64,000 nt of DNA from an uncultured Gammaproteobacteria bacterium (GCA_937921935.1 CAKZWQ010000029.1:9838-73837), one strand, 5' to 3'. Shown: positions 9,365 to 17,426, numbered from the stretch's first letter. Numbers and translations are program-made. The notes: a model not told the origin generated them from the letters alone.

Positions 9365-9714
9365 GGTTTAAACTTATCGTGGTTTTCGTCCAGGACTCGA
9401 AGACCGAGGAAGTTGCGGAAGCCGCCAAACAGGCGGGAGCAACTGGGTGTACAAGAATTTACAGCGCGAGCGGCGAGGGCCTGAAATCGGCCTCGACATT
9501 CTTCGGGCTGACCCTTGAAACCCAGCGCGACGTACTGCTGTTGTTGGTGGAAGAACACCGGGCCCGCCAGATCCTGGAGAGGATCGGTGAGGCGGGCGAA
9601 TTCGATGAGACGTCAGGCACCGGCATAGCCTTCCAGGTGGATGTTGAAGATGCAGTGGGTGTCGCTCACCAGATAAAGAGCATCGCACCGTCATTGAAGG
9701 AGATAGGGCTTTGA
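9361..9714 (+). CDS. P-II (GlnB)-like signal transduction protein, atypical short T-loop
   Basis: 'MRFKLIVVFV..EEVAEAAKQAGATGCT' beta-alpha-beta start and B-loop-like 'SGTGIAFQVDV'. ATGA overlap with the upstream gene. Confidence 0.75.
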   Translation: MRFKLIVVFVQDSKTEEVAEAAKQAGATGCTRIYSASGEGLKSASTFFGLTLETQRDVLLLLVEEHRARQILERIGEAGEFDETSGTGIAFQVDVEDAVGVAHQIKSIAPSLKEIGL

Positions 9715-10106
9715 GTATGCAAAAAGTTTCCGGGGTGATGAACACCGACTTCCTGAGCATGCAGGGCTCAACGACAGTCACCGAAGCGATTCACGCTATG
9801 CGTCCAAACAACGCGCATGCATTGCTGGTGGACAAGCGCACCGATGAAGACGAACTGGGCATCGTGCTGATCTCAGACATTGCCAAGAAGGTGCTGGCGG
9901 TCAACCGATCGCCCGATAGAGTCAATATCTACGAAATAATGACCAAGCCAGTGCTGTCGGTGGATCCTGATATGAAAATTAGCTACTGCGCCCGGCTGTT
10001 TGAACACTTCGGCATTTCAACTGCGCCGGTCGTCAAGAACGGCCAGGTACTGGGAATCGTGTCCTATGACGCACTTGTCCTGAAGGGACTGGCCGCGGAC
10101 CTTTAG
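9711..10106 (+). CDS. Stand-alone CBS-pair (Bateman) domain protein
   Basis: 131 aa with two CBS-like repeats ('VMNTDFLSMQGSTTVTEAIHAM...ALLV', 'IMTKPVLSVDPDMKISYCARLFEHFGISTAPVV.NGQVLGIVS'). TTG at 9711 has AAGGAG 8 nt upstream; alternative ATG at 9717. Confidence 0.8.
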   Translation: MSMQKVSGVMNTDFLSMQGSTTVTEAIHAMRPNNAHALLVDKRTDEDELGIVLISDIAKKVLAVNRSPDRVNIYEIMTKPVLSVDPDMKISYCARLFEHFGISTAPVVKNGQVLGIVSYDALVLKGLAADL

Positions 10107-10377
10107 CCCCTGAGGTCGTTTCATCAGCCAGTCTGCGATCCCCCGCTTTCGGCCAATAGCAGACATTCGCCCTAACGCCTAAGCTCAGTTGCGCTTGAGG
10201 CTGACGGGTGCTCGACGATAGCCGAGTGGCCGGTAGGGCCAAGCGTCAGTTGCAGTGATTGCTTATAGGGCAACAATCTGCGGTTCTTACAGGCTTGTGG
10301 TTCCATTCTGACAGAGGATAGCCGGTGGTCTGCTATTTTCCACGCGCGGCAAGTTGCCTAACTGCATGGGCATAGGC

Positions 10378-10641
10378 TTACATTTTGGCGCGATTTTTTG
10401 CTCGTTCCATCAATTTTTCACGAAGCCGGCCCAATGCCTTCCTGCTGTCGTTTCCAAGGTTTGCTGGAAATGGCGAAAATGCCTCCAGCATTGCGATGTC
10501 ATTCGCTTCGGCAATATTGACATTCAATTGCTTCAATTCGCGCTCAATGTTTTCCAATGTGGGGTTCGACAACTCGTACTCCGAAATTTTTTTCCGCTTC
10601 GACTGTAGACCGTGGGCTCTGTCAATACAACGATGCAGCAA
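10378..10641 (-). CDS. Hypothetical small charged helical protein (possible ribbon-helix-helix-like), orphan
   Basis: 87-aa ORF in a low-GC stretch. The translation looks protein-like ('KKISEYELSNPTLENIERELKQL...'), whereas the antisense ORF is Ser/Phe-rich junk. Confidence 0.45.
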   Translation of the reverse strand: MLHRCIDRAHGLQSKRKKISEYELSNPTLENIERELKQLNVNIAEANDIAMLEAFSPFPANLGNDSRKALGRLREKLMERAKNRAKM

Positions 10642-10936
10642 TCACCTTGGCGTTATGTTAGAAAATATCTCAAGCCGAGATTCGCCTTTGGTCAGAAGCG
10701 GGCATCCGTGACGAAGCTAGCGTTGCCCTATAACAGCTGATTCTAAAGACGCCACTTTTGTTTTCGGCGTCTGTTGCCTGGTTAACCAACCAACTTGGCT
10801 GTTTTCTGGTCTTCATAGGACAACGATAGTCGCATATCTGACGTTAACGACGAATATCCGCTTTGGGGCCGTCGGCACACCGGAATGACCCCACGACAAG
10901 ATAGGCGGCCATTCGCATAGCTTGAAATCGAACGGG

Positions 10937-11746
10937 TTAATACGGCAGGTGGGCCGCTTTCAGGTAAGGATCATTTTTCGGGTCTGATGACACATAGCCG
11001 CCCCCATAGACGAGACCGAAAAGAAAGGGATGTGCTCGTGCTGGAGGCGTCGGCTCCGTAGACCAGAATGGCGGCATTCGCATAAAAATCGATGCGCCGA
11101 CAAGAGCCAGTGTTTGCAGTGCGATTAAGATGATGAAGTTGTTATATAGCGTTACATAGACGATACATAGAAAACTCTGCGGCATATGGACGACGATAGT
11201 TTTCAGGGCAATTGAATACTTGGAGTCATGCTCGGGGGCGACATATAAATCCCAATAAAACACCATCCAGCCGCCAATGAAGATGCCAATTGATGCACAC
11301 ACACCGGCTATGACCAGCCACTGAGGCCATGTTGCGCCAATGCTGTTGACAACATTCCAGATGACCAGAAAGAATTGTCCCATGCTGGCGCCCCAAACCA
11401 GGCCAAACGGGATTTGCGTTGCCAAATGCAGCTTGCGGTCGAACCGGATCGTATAACGTGCCCAGATACCCCAGTAGAGGATAAAAACCGAAACGGTGAG
11501 GCCGAGGGTCCACGTGATCCACGCAGAGTCTTCCAGTTGCGACTGGGTTGCAATCGGGGCCGCGAGGATCATCGCCTGTGTTCCTGTCAGCCAGGAAACG
11601 ATAAAGCAAAGGCAAAAAAAGATGCCCGCCCGGACCCAGGCAGCGGCCGGTAAAAACACTCCGGAACTGACTGTTCGGAATTTGCTTAGGTAGAGCCCCA
11701 CCAAAAAAACCAGGAGCAGGACCGTAATTGAGTTGAAAATAATCAA
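10937..11746 (-). CDS. Hypothetical ~7-TM integral membrane protein, family not recognised
   Basis: 269 aa with about seven hydrophobic segments and Trp/Tyr-rich interfaces. Markedly low GC relative to its neighbours. Confidence 0.65.
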   Translation of the reverse strand: MIIFNSITVLLLVFLVGLYLSKFRTVSSGVFLPAAAWVRAGIFFCLCFIVSWLTGTQAMILAAPIATQSQLEDSAWITWTLGLTVSVFILYWGIWARYTIRFDRKLHLATQIPFGLVWGASMGQFFLVIWNVVNSIGATWPQWLVIAGVCASIGIFIGGWMVFYWDLYVAPEHDSKYSIALKTIVVHMPQSFLCIVYVTLYNNFIILIALQTLALVGASIFMRMPPFWSTEPTPPARAHPFLFGLVYGGGYVSSDPKNDPYLKAAHLPY

Positions 11747-11864
11747 TACTTTGAAAATCGTTCAGGCTTAACCGGAAGACAATCAATTCGGCAGAAATAA
11801 GTCAGGCATCCTAAGCCCTCAATCCACCAAAACTATCAGAAGCTCAGCTCGCAGCTCAGACCGT

Positions 11865-12560
11865 TCAGCCCCTCACCTGCGCGATACTTGCCTGCATGGC
11901 TGCCGCCGCGGCACGAGGATCTGCGGCATCCCGGATGGGACGCCCGACGACGATGTAGTCCGCGCCATCGCCAAAAGCCTGCTCCACGGTCACCACCCGC
12001 TTCTGATCATCGGCGGGGCGATTTTCCACCGGGCGTATACCCGGGGTGACGACCAGCAATTTTCTATCGACCTCGGCGCGCATGGCGGGTAACTCCAGGC
12101 CCGAGGCAACGACGCCATCGCAACCAGCCTCCAGGGCACGGCGGGCACGGGACAGGACCAGCTCACGGACATCGCACTGAAAACCGAGATCGTCGAGGTC
12201 GCCACGATCCAGGCTGGTCAGGGCGGTTACGGCCAGTACCTTCAGATCGCCCTTGTTGGCCGCTGCCGCTTCCATGATGGCCTGGTTGCCATGCACCGTG
12301 ACGAAGTGCACGCCGCGACTGGCAAGGCGGGCGACTGATCGGCCTACGGTGGCAGGCACATCAAAAAACTTCAGGTCCGCAAAGATTTTTTTGTCGCGGG
12401 CGAGCAGCCAGTCGATGAGCTCAAAGTAACCCCCGGTCATCATCAGCTCCAGTCCAATCTTGTAGAAGCTGACGGTGTCACCGAGTTTTTCAACCAGGGC
12501 CTGCGCCTGGTCCACTTCGGGCACATCCAGGGCAAAAATCAAACGGTCGGTATCAGTCAT
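11865..12560 (-). CDS. pyrF: Orotidine 5'-phosphate decarboxylase
   Basis: 'LIFALDV', 'FYKIGLEL', 'IFADLKFFDVPATV', 'IVVGRPI' motifs. Confidence 0.95.
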   Translation of the reverse strand: MTDTDRLIFALDVPEVDQAQALVEKLGDTVSFYKIGLELMMTGGYFELIDWLLARDKKIFADLKFFDVPATVGRSVARLASRGVHFVTVHGNQAIMEAAAANKGDLKVLAVTALTSLDRGDLDDLGFQCDVRELVLSRARRALEAGCDGVVASGLELPAMRAEVDRKLLVVTPGIRPVENRPADDQKRVVTVEQAFGDGADYIVVGRPIRDAADPRAAAAAMQASIAQVRG

Positions 12561-13764
12561 GGTCTTCCTTCATCAATTTGGCCCGCATTTCGATTTCCGG
12601 TGGCCGTCCCACCAGGCGTGCATAGGCGGCCAGGGCATAACGATCCGTCATGCCTGCTACATAGTCAGCCACGGCCCGCGCCTGCCCGGCCTCACCCCCG
12701 GTTTCCCGCCAGGCTTTGGCTTTCACTGCATGGCTGGCCGGCATGGTATGCACGTCTTCCATAAAACGGGCGAACAGAGCCTCGACGACGCGGATCGCTT
12801 CGTGGGTCATTTCCAGCACGCGTTCGTGACGGTACAAACGCGCGTTTAAAAAACTCTTCAATGCCCGGTGCCGGGTGGCCGTATTGCGCGTGAAACTGAT
12901 CAGGCGGCGGGAGTGCCTGCGCACTGCATCGATATCGGCCGGCTGCGCCTGGTCCAGGGCCTGGGCGCTGTGTTCTACCAGGTCCGTCACCACTTCATTG
13001 ATCATGCCGCGCACGGTTTCGTGAATCAGGGCACGGCTGCCGATCTTCGGATGCTGATCACGCACCCGCGTCCAGTGCTCGTTAAACAGATCAACTTCAG
13101 ACAGCTCATCGGCTGTGAGCAAGCCGGCGCGCAGGCCGTCGTCCACATCATGATTGTTGTAGGCGATTTCGTCGGCCAGATTAGCCAGCTGGGCCTCCAG
13201 GCCCGGATGGCCTCGCTCCAGGAAGCGGCGACCAATTTCACCAAGGTCGCGGGCATTGCGCTTGGAGCAATGCTTGAGAATGCCCTCGCGCGTTTCATAG
13301 GTCAGGTTCAGGCCATTGAAATCTGCGTAGCGTTCCTCGAGTTCGTCTACCACACGCAGTGACTGAAGATTGTGTTCAAAGCCACCCCAGGGCGTCATGC
13401 AACTGTTCAAGGCGTCCTGCCCTGCATGCCCGAAAGGTGTGTGGCCCAGGTCATGGGCCAGGCACATCGCTTCGGCGAGCTGCTCGTTCAGCCCCAGGTA
13501 CTGGGCCCCGGTGCGGGCAATCTGGGCGACTTCCAGGGAATGGGTGAGGCGGGTGCGGTAGTGATCGCCTTCGTGATTCACAAAGACCTGGGTTTTGTAC
13601 ACGAGCCGGCGAAAAGCCGTGCTGTGAATAATGCGATCACGATCCCGCTGGTATTCACTGCGATAGGGATGCGACGCTTCGGCGTGAGCACGACCACGGC
13701 CGTCGTTTTCGCGGGCCGCCCAGGGCGCGAGAACTGGCTGCTGCTGAGCTTGGTCTGAAGGCAA
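12553..13764 (-). CDS. dGTPase-like HD-domain triphosphohydrolase
   Basis: 'YQRDRDRIIHSTAFRRL..KTQVF', 'RLTHSLEVAQI', 'CLAHDLGHTPFGH' motifs. Overlaps the pyrF start by 8 nt. Confidence 0.9.
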   Translation of the reverse strand: MPSDQAQQQPVLAPWAARENDGRGRAHAEASHPYRSEYQRDRDRIIHSTAFRRLVYKTQVFVNHEGDHYRTRLTHSLEVAQIARTGAQYLGLNEQLAEAMCLAHDLGHTPFGHAGQDALNSCMTPWGGFEHNLQSLRVVDELEERYADFNGLNLTYETREGILKHCSKRNARDLGEIGRRFLERGHPGLEAQLANLADEIAYNNHDVDDGLRAGLLTADELSEVDLFNEHWTRVRDQHPKIGSRALIHETVRGMINEVVTDLVEHSAQALDQAQPADIDAVRRHSRRLISFTRNTATRHRALKSFLNARLYRHERVLEMTHEAIRVVEALFARFMEDVHTMPASHAVKAKAWRETGGEAGQARAVADYVAGMTDRYALAAYARLVGRPPEIEMRAKLMKEDHD

Positions 13765-13779
13765 AAGCGCGCTCCTGGC

Positions 13780-14859
13780 TCAGCCAATGAAGGCTGCGCG
13801 CAGCTCATCAATGAGCAGATGATCCGGGTAGTCCGCCGTCACCACCGCATCGCCGATGGACTGCAGCAGCACCAGGCGTATCTGGCCACCCAGAACTTTC
13901 TTGTCCAGGGTCATGGCAGCAAGAAACTCGCGTGGATCCAGGTCAGGCGGCTTCACCGGCAGGCCGCAACGCTCGAGAAGTTTTTCGGTACGCTGGATAT
14001 CGGCATCGCTGAGCCAGCCCAGGCGTGCCGAGAACCGGGCAGCCATGCACATGCCGGCTGAGACGGCTTCACCGTGCAGCCACTGGCCATAACCCGCGCA
14101 GCGCTCAATCGCATGGCCGAAGGTATGCCCCAGGTTCAGCAAGGCGCGACGACCGCTTTCGCGCTCATCCGCGGCAACAATCTGTGCCTTGATCTCGCAG
14201 GAACGGCGAATGGCGTGATGCAGGCTTGCGTCATCACGCTTGAGCAGATTCTCTACCTGGTGTTCGAGCCAGACAAAGAAAGCCTCGTCCTGGATCAGAC
14301 CGTACTTGACGATTTCCGCCAGGCCCGCTGCCATTTCGCGCTCGGGCAGGGTGCGCAGGGTATCCGTGTCGGTGAGTACCAGCCTGGGCTGGTGGAAGGC
14401 GCCAATCAGGTTCTTGCCGCCCGGGTGATTCACGCCCGTCTTGCCGCCCACGGAAGAATCCACCTGGGCCAGCAAGGTGGTGGGGACCTGGATGAATGAG
14501 ACACCGCGCTGGTAGATAGCCGCGGCAAAACCACCGATGTCGCCGACGACGCCGCCGCCCAGGGTAATCAACGTGCAGTCGCGCGCATAGCGCAGCTCGA
14601 CCAGCCGGTCCAGGGCCTGCTCCAGGGTGGCCAGGCTCTTGTGGGCCTCGCCGTCGGGCAGGATCAGGGATTCCACGCGAGCCTCACCCAGCATGGCTTT
14701 CAGGGGCTCCAGGTAAATGGGCGCCACCGACTCATTGGTTATCACCAGCACATCTTTACCGGACAGGTGGGCGTCGAGGAGCCCGGGGCGGCCCAGCAGG
14801 CCGCTGCCGATGAGAATGGGGTAGCTGCGCTCGCCCAGATCGACCGTCAGAGTAATCAT
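13780..14859 (-). CDS. aroB: 3-dehydroquinate synthase
   Basis: 'GGGVVGDIGGFAAA', 'VPTTLLAQVDSSVGGKTG', 'LNLGHTFGHAIE' motifs. Confidence 0.95.
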   Translation of the reverse strand: MITLTVDLGERSYPILIGSGLLGRPGLLDAHLSGKDVLVITNESVAPIYLEPLKAMLGEARVESLILPDGEAHKSLATLEQALDRLVELRYARDCTLITLGGGVVGDIGGFAAAIYQRGVSFIQVPTTLLAQVDSSVGGKTGVNHPGGKNLIGAFHQPRLVLTDTDTLRTLPEREMAAGLAEIVKYGLIQDEAFFVWLEHQVENLLKRDDASLHHAIRRSCEIKAQIVAADERESGRRALLNLGHTFGHAIERCAGYGQWLHGEAVSAGMCMAARFSARLGWLSDADIQRTEKLLERCGLPVKPPDLDPREFLAAMTLDKKVLGGQIRLVLLQSIGDAVVTADYPDHLLIDELRAAFIG

Positions 14860-14871
14860 GGCAGGCGCATT

Positions 14872-15387
14872 CTACCGGTCGTCGGCCAGCTTCTCGCGTA
14901 TTTCCGCGGCCACAGAGGCCACGGTGCGACCATCCGTCGCCACGACGAGGTCCGCCAGCTCCTGGTAGAGGGGTTCGCGAATCAGCATCAGCTCTTCCAG
15001 AACCTGGCGCCGGCGGCCCTTGTTCAGCAGGGGTCGCTTGCTGCCCCGGGTGCGCCGCAGTTGCTGCTGGACGCTGGTCTGCAGATACACCACCTGGCCC
15101 CGCGCAGCCAGGGCCAGGCGGACTGCCTTGCTAAGCACCGCACCGCCGCCAGTGGCCAGCACCAGGCCGGCGCCCTGGCTGAGCTCCTCAATGACTTCGC
15201 ACTCTCGCTTACGAAAGCCACTCTCACCCTCTTTCTCGAAGATATAGGGAATATCCACGCCCGTGCGGATCTCGATTAGCTCGTCGCTGTCGACGAACTC
15301 ACAGCCCAGCTCCCGGGCCAGCCGCTTGCCGACAGCGGACTTGCCCGAGCCCATGGGGCCGATGAGAAAGATATTGGGAGCCGACAT
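14872..15387 (-). CDS. aroK: Shikimate kinase
   Basis: 'IFLIGPMGSGKS' P-loop and 'LATGGGAV'. Start at Met 15387 inside a longer ORF that runs to 15732. Confidence 0.93.
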   Translation of the reverse strand: MSAPNIFLIGPMGSGKSAVGKRLARELGCEFVDSDELIEIRTGVDIPYIFEKEGESGFRKRECEVIEELSQGAGLVLATGGGAVLSKAVRLALAARGQVVYLQTSVQQQLRRTRGSKRPLLNKGRRRQVLEELMLIREPLYQELADLVVATDGRTVASVAAEIREKLADDR

Positions 15388-15418
15388 GGGCAAGAGTGTA
15401 ACGCCCGGCGGACCCCGG

Positions 15419-15448
15419 AAAAAAAGAAGCCGGCTCAAGGCCGGCTTC
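15419..15448 (-). terminator. Rho-independent terminator after the Ig-like lipoprotein gene
   Basis: On the minus strand: AGAAGCCGGC-CTTGA-GCCGGCTTCT (10-bp GC-rich stem) followed by a T-run (A-run 15419-15424 on the plus strand). Confidence 0.75.
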
Positions 15449-15470
15449 TGATGGTGTGTAAAGGAACCCG

Positions 15471-17426
15471 CTAAGGCACGACTATCGGCGGCGGCGGACA
15501 CAGATCGGGCACCGGATCCGGATCCTCGGGTGCTGACAGACAGCCATTCTGCGTCAGGTCGATATTCGGGCCCAGGTCCCAGGAGTTCTCGCCGAAGGGA
15601 CTTAACACACCCGGCGGTGAGGCAGAGGTATTCGTAATATCTTCGGCCTTGGCGTCCAGCACGAAGGTCTGCGAGCGGCGGGTTTCGGTGCCGGCCACTG
15701 ACGCCTTCGCTTCGATTTCCACTTCCACCCAACCGTGGTAGCTCTGCGGATAGAGCACGTCCACCAGGGCGGAGCCCGTCGCATCCGTGATCACGTTGGC
15801 CGCCTGTCCGGGAATACCACCCTGGGCTGACACCAGCGCGATGTTGCCGGCCTCGATACGACCGTTCATGTTGGTGTCTTCGTCCACCAGCACCGTCGGG
15901 ACCACGTCCAGCACACCGTTACGGTTGATATCTTCATCCAGGCATTCGGCCGTCACGACGCGAACCCAGGCGTCTTCGGGCACGTAGTAGCAGCCCTGGA
16001 ACCAGCGCAGCGAGTTCAGACTGACCTGCACGGCCACGCCACTCACGGCGTTGCCGTCTGCATCAGTAACCTGGACTACCCATTCCTTGCGGAACTGGGC
16101 CGTGTTCGGCTCGAACAGATCATTACCGGTACCCAGGCTGATAAACAGCTCCTTGCGGGCTACCGTCAGGGTTTCCTGAGCCAGGATAGCCGTGCCCTGC
16201 ACGGTGGCTTCAATGATCACATCGTCCTGGCCCGTAGGCGTCTGGCCGGCGGTGTACACCGCTGTGGCCCGGCCCTGCACGTCCGTCACCCCGGTGGGCG
16301 AAGACAGGCTGCCTGCGGACGGATCCTGCAGGCGAGTGAAGTTGACTGTCGTGTTCTTGACAGGATTGCTGTTGGCATCCGTGACCGTGGCGGTCAGCGT
16401 CGACTGATCACCCGTGGCAACAGTCAGAGGCTCGGCCTGCAACTCGAGGTTAGCCGGAAGCGTGGCGACGAACTCTGCTGAAACCGAGGTCGTGGGTCCG
16501 GCAGGCTGCCCGGTTGCCGTAATGAGAACCGGGCCCGCACTGGCGGACTCGATGCTGAAAGTCTGCTGTCCGGCCCCGTCGGTAACATCGTCGGGGGGCG
16601 CCTGCTCCGTGATAGCGCCAGCCGTGCTGGCAAAGGCGACATCGCCGCCCACGACCGGGGCGCCACCGGCGACCCATGTCACGGTCACATCAGTTGGCGT
16701 ATTCAACGGGATTTCCGTCAACATGCCGGCAATTTCCAGGGTAAAGGCGTCGTCAGAAATTTCCACGGCCTGTCCTGCCGACTCGCCCAGCGCCCCGGCG
16801 CCCAGCAGATCGCTGCCGGCATTGTCAGCCGTGTAATCGAAGGCCACCTGTCCGGAATTATCGGTAATAACAGTCGCCGCGTTGATTGAATTGCCCAGGG
16901 CAGAACTCAGGGTGACGGTCTGGCCGGAGATGCCGTTGTTGTCAGAATCTGTCAGCGCCACGATATATTCTTCCGTGTCGCCCTGGGGGAGACTGCCGGG
17001 CCCACTCACGAAGCTGAGCGACGTGCCGGTAACCAGCACGTCGACGGTGGCCGAAGCACCGCCCGAAGTCACTGTAACCGTAATAATCCGATTGCTCGGA
17101 TCGCTGCCGTTACGCAGCTCAGCCAGGGCGATGCCCGAAGCATCCGTAGTGGCCTGGGTGATCGTGATGGAGCCGGAGCTGGCCGAGAAGGCCACCAGGG
17201 CCCCGGGAACGACTGCATTGGAGGCATCCTTGACCTGAGCCGTAATGGTCACGGGCAGGGCCGTCAGCGCGGTGCCCAGCTGTGTATTACTCAGGATTAA
17301 CTCAATGATCGCAGCAGCCGCATCCGTACCCTGATTATCAGGGCCATCAGCGAGACTGTTATCACTGCCACAGCCGTTCAATAAACCGGCCAGCAGGATC
17401 ATCCCAAATGCGAGAAGCCTCTTCAT
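15471..17426 (-). CDS. Large surface lipoprotein with about five bacterial Ig-like (Big_1/invasin-type) repeats and a distinct Cys-containing C-terminal domain
   Basis: Lipobox 'LLNGCGS'. Repeated 'V.V.D..GN.V.G..V.F...G' units. Only 38 bp downstream of pilQ. Confidence 0.8.
   Translation of the reverse strand: MKRLLAFGMILLAGLLNGCGSDNSLADGPDNQGTDAAAAIIELILSNTQLGTALTALPVTITAQVKDASNAVVPGALVAFSASSGSITITQATTDASGIALAELRNGSDPSNRIITVTVTSGGASATVDVLVTGTSLSFVSGPGSLPQGDTEEYIVALTDSDNNGISGQTVTLSSALGNSINAATVITDNSGQVAFDYTADNAGSDLLGAGALGESAGQAVEISDDAFTLEIAGMLTEIPLNTPTDVTVTWVAGGAPVVGGDVAFASTAGAITEQAPPDDVTDGAGQQTFSIESASAGPVLITATGQPAGPTTSVSAEFVATLPANLELQAEPLTVATGDQSTLTATVTDANSNPVKNTTVNFTRLQDPSAGSLSSPTGVTDVQGRATAVYTAGQTPTGQDDVIIEATVQGTAILAQETLTVARKELFISLGTGNDLFEPNTAQFRKEWVVQVTDADGNAVSGVAVQVSLNSLRWFQGCYYVPEDAWVRVVTAECLDEDINRNGVLDVVPTVLVDEDTNMNGRIEAGNIALVSAQGGIPGQAANVITDATGSALVDVLYPQSYHGWVEVEIEAKASVAGTETRRSQTFVLDAKAEDITNTSASPPGVLSPFGENSWDLGPNIDLTQNGCLSAPEDPDPVPDLCPPPPIVVP

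Noticed and set aside
10560-10575. tRNA T-loop-like GGGGTTCGACAAC in the low-GC islet (a possible tRNA remnant or att site).
   Set aside because: The flanking bases do not form a T-stem or acceptor stem, and it lies inside the 87-aa ORF.
10263-10733. Perfect 12-bp inverted repeat TTATAGGGCAAC (10263-10274) / GTTGCCCTATAA (10722-10733) flanking the 87-aa ORF, which could look like MITE or cassette ends.
   Set aside because: For 12-mers within ~500 bp, roughly one or two such pairs are expected by chance over 64 kb. There are no target-site duplications, no further arm extension and no other copies in the window.
10747-10772. Hairpin AGACGCC-N12-GGCGTCT downstream of the 7-TM gene, a possible terminator.
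   Set aside because: The loop is large (12 nt) and there is no T-run after the stem on the minus strand.
14872-15732. N-terminal extensions of the longest ORFs. Examples: aroK 286 aa versus 171 aa; pilM 394 versus 353; rpmE 136 versus 68; ybbA; tesA 269 aa; dctQ; DUF427.
   Set aside because: The extensions are low-complexity or Arg/Pro-rich and overlap neighbouring genes or intergenic DNA. Family-typical N-termini begin at the internal Met chosen in the feature table.
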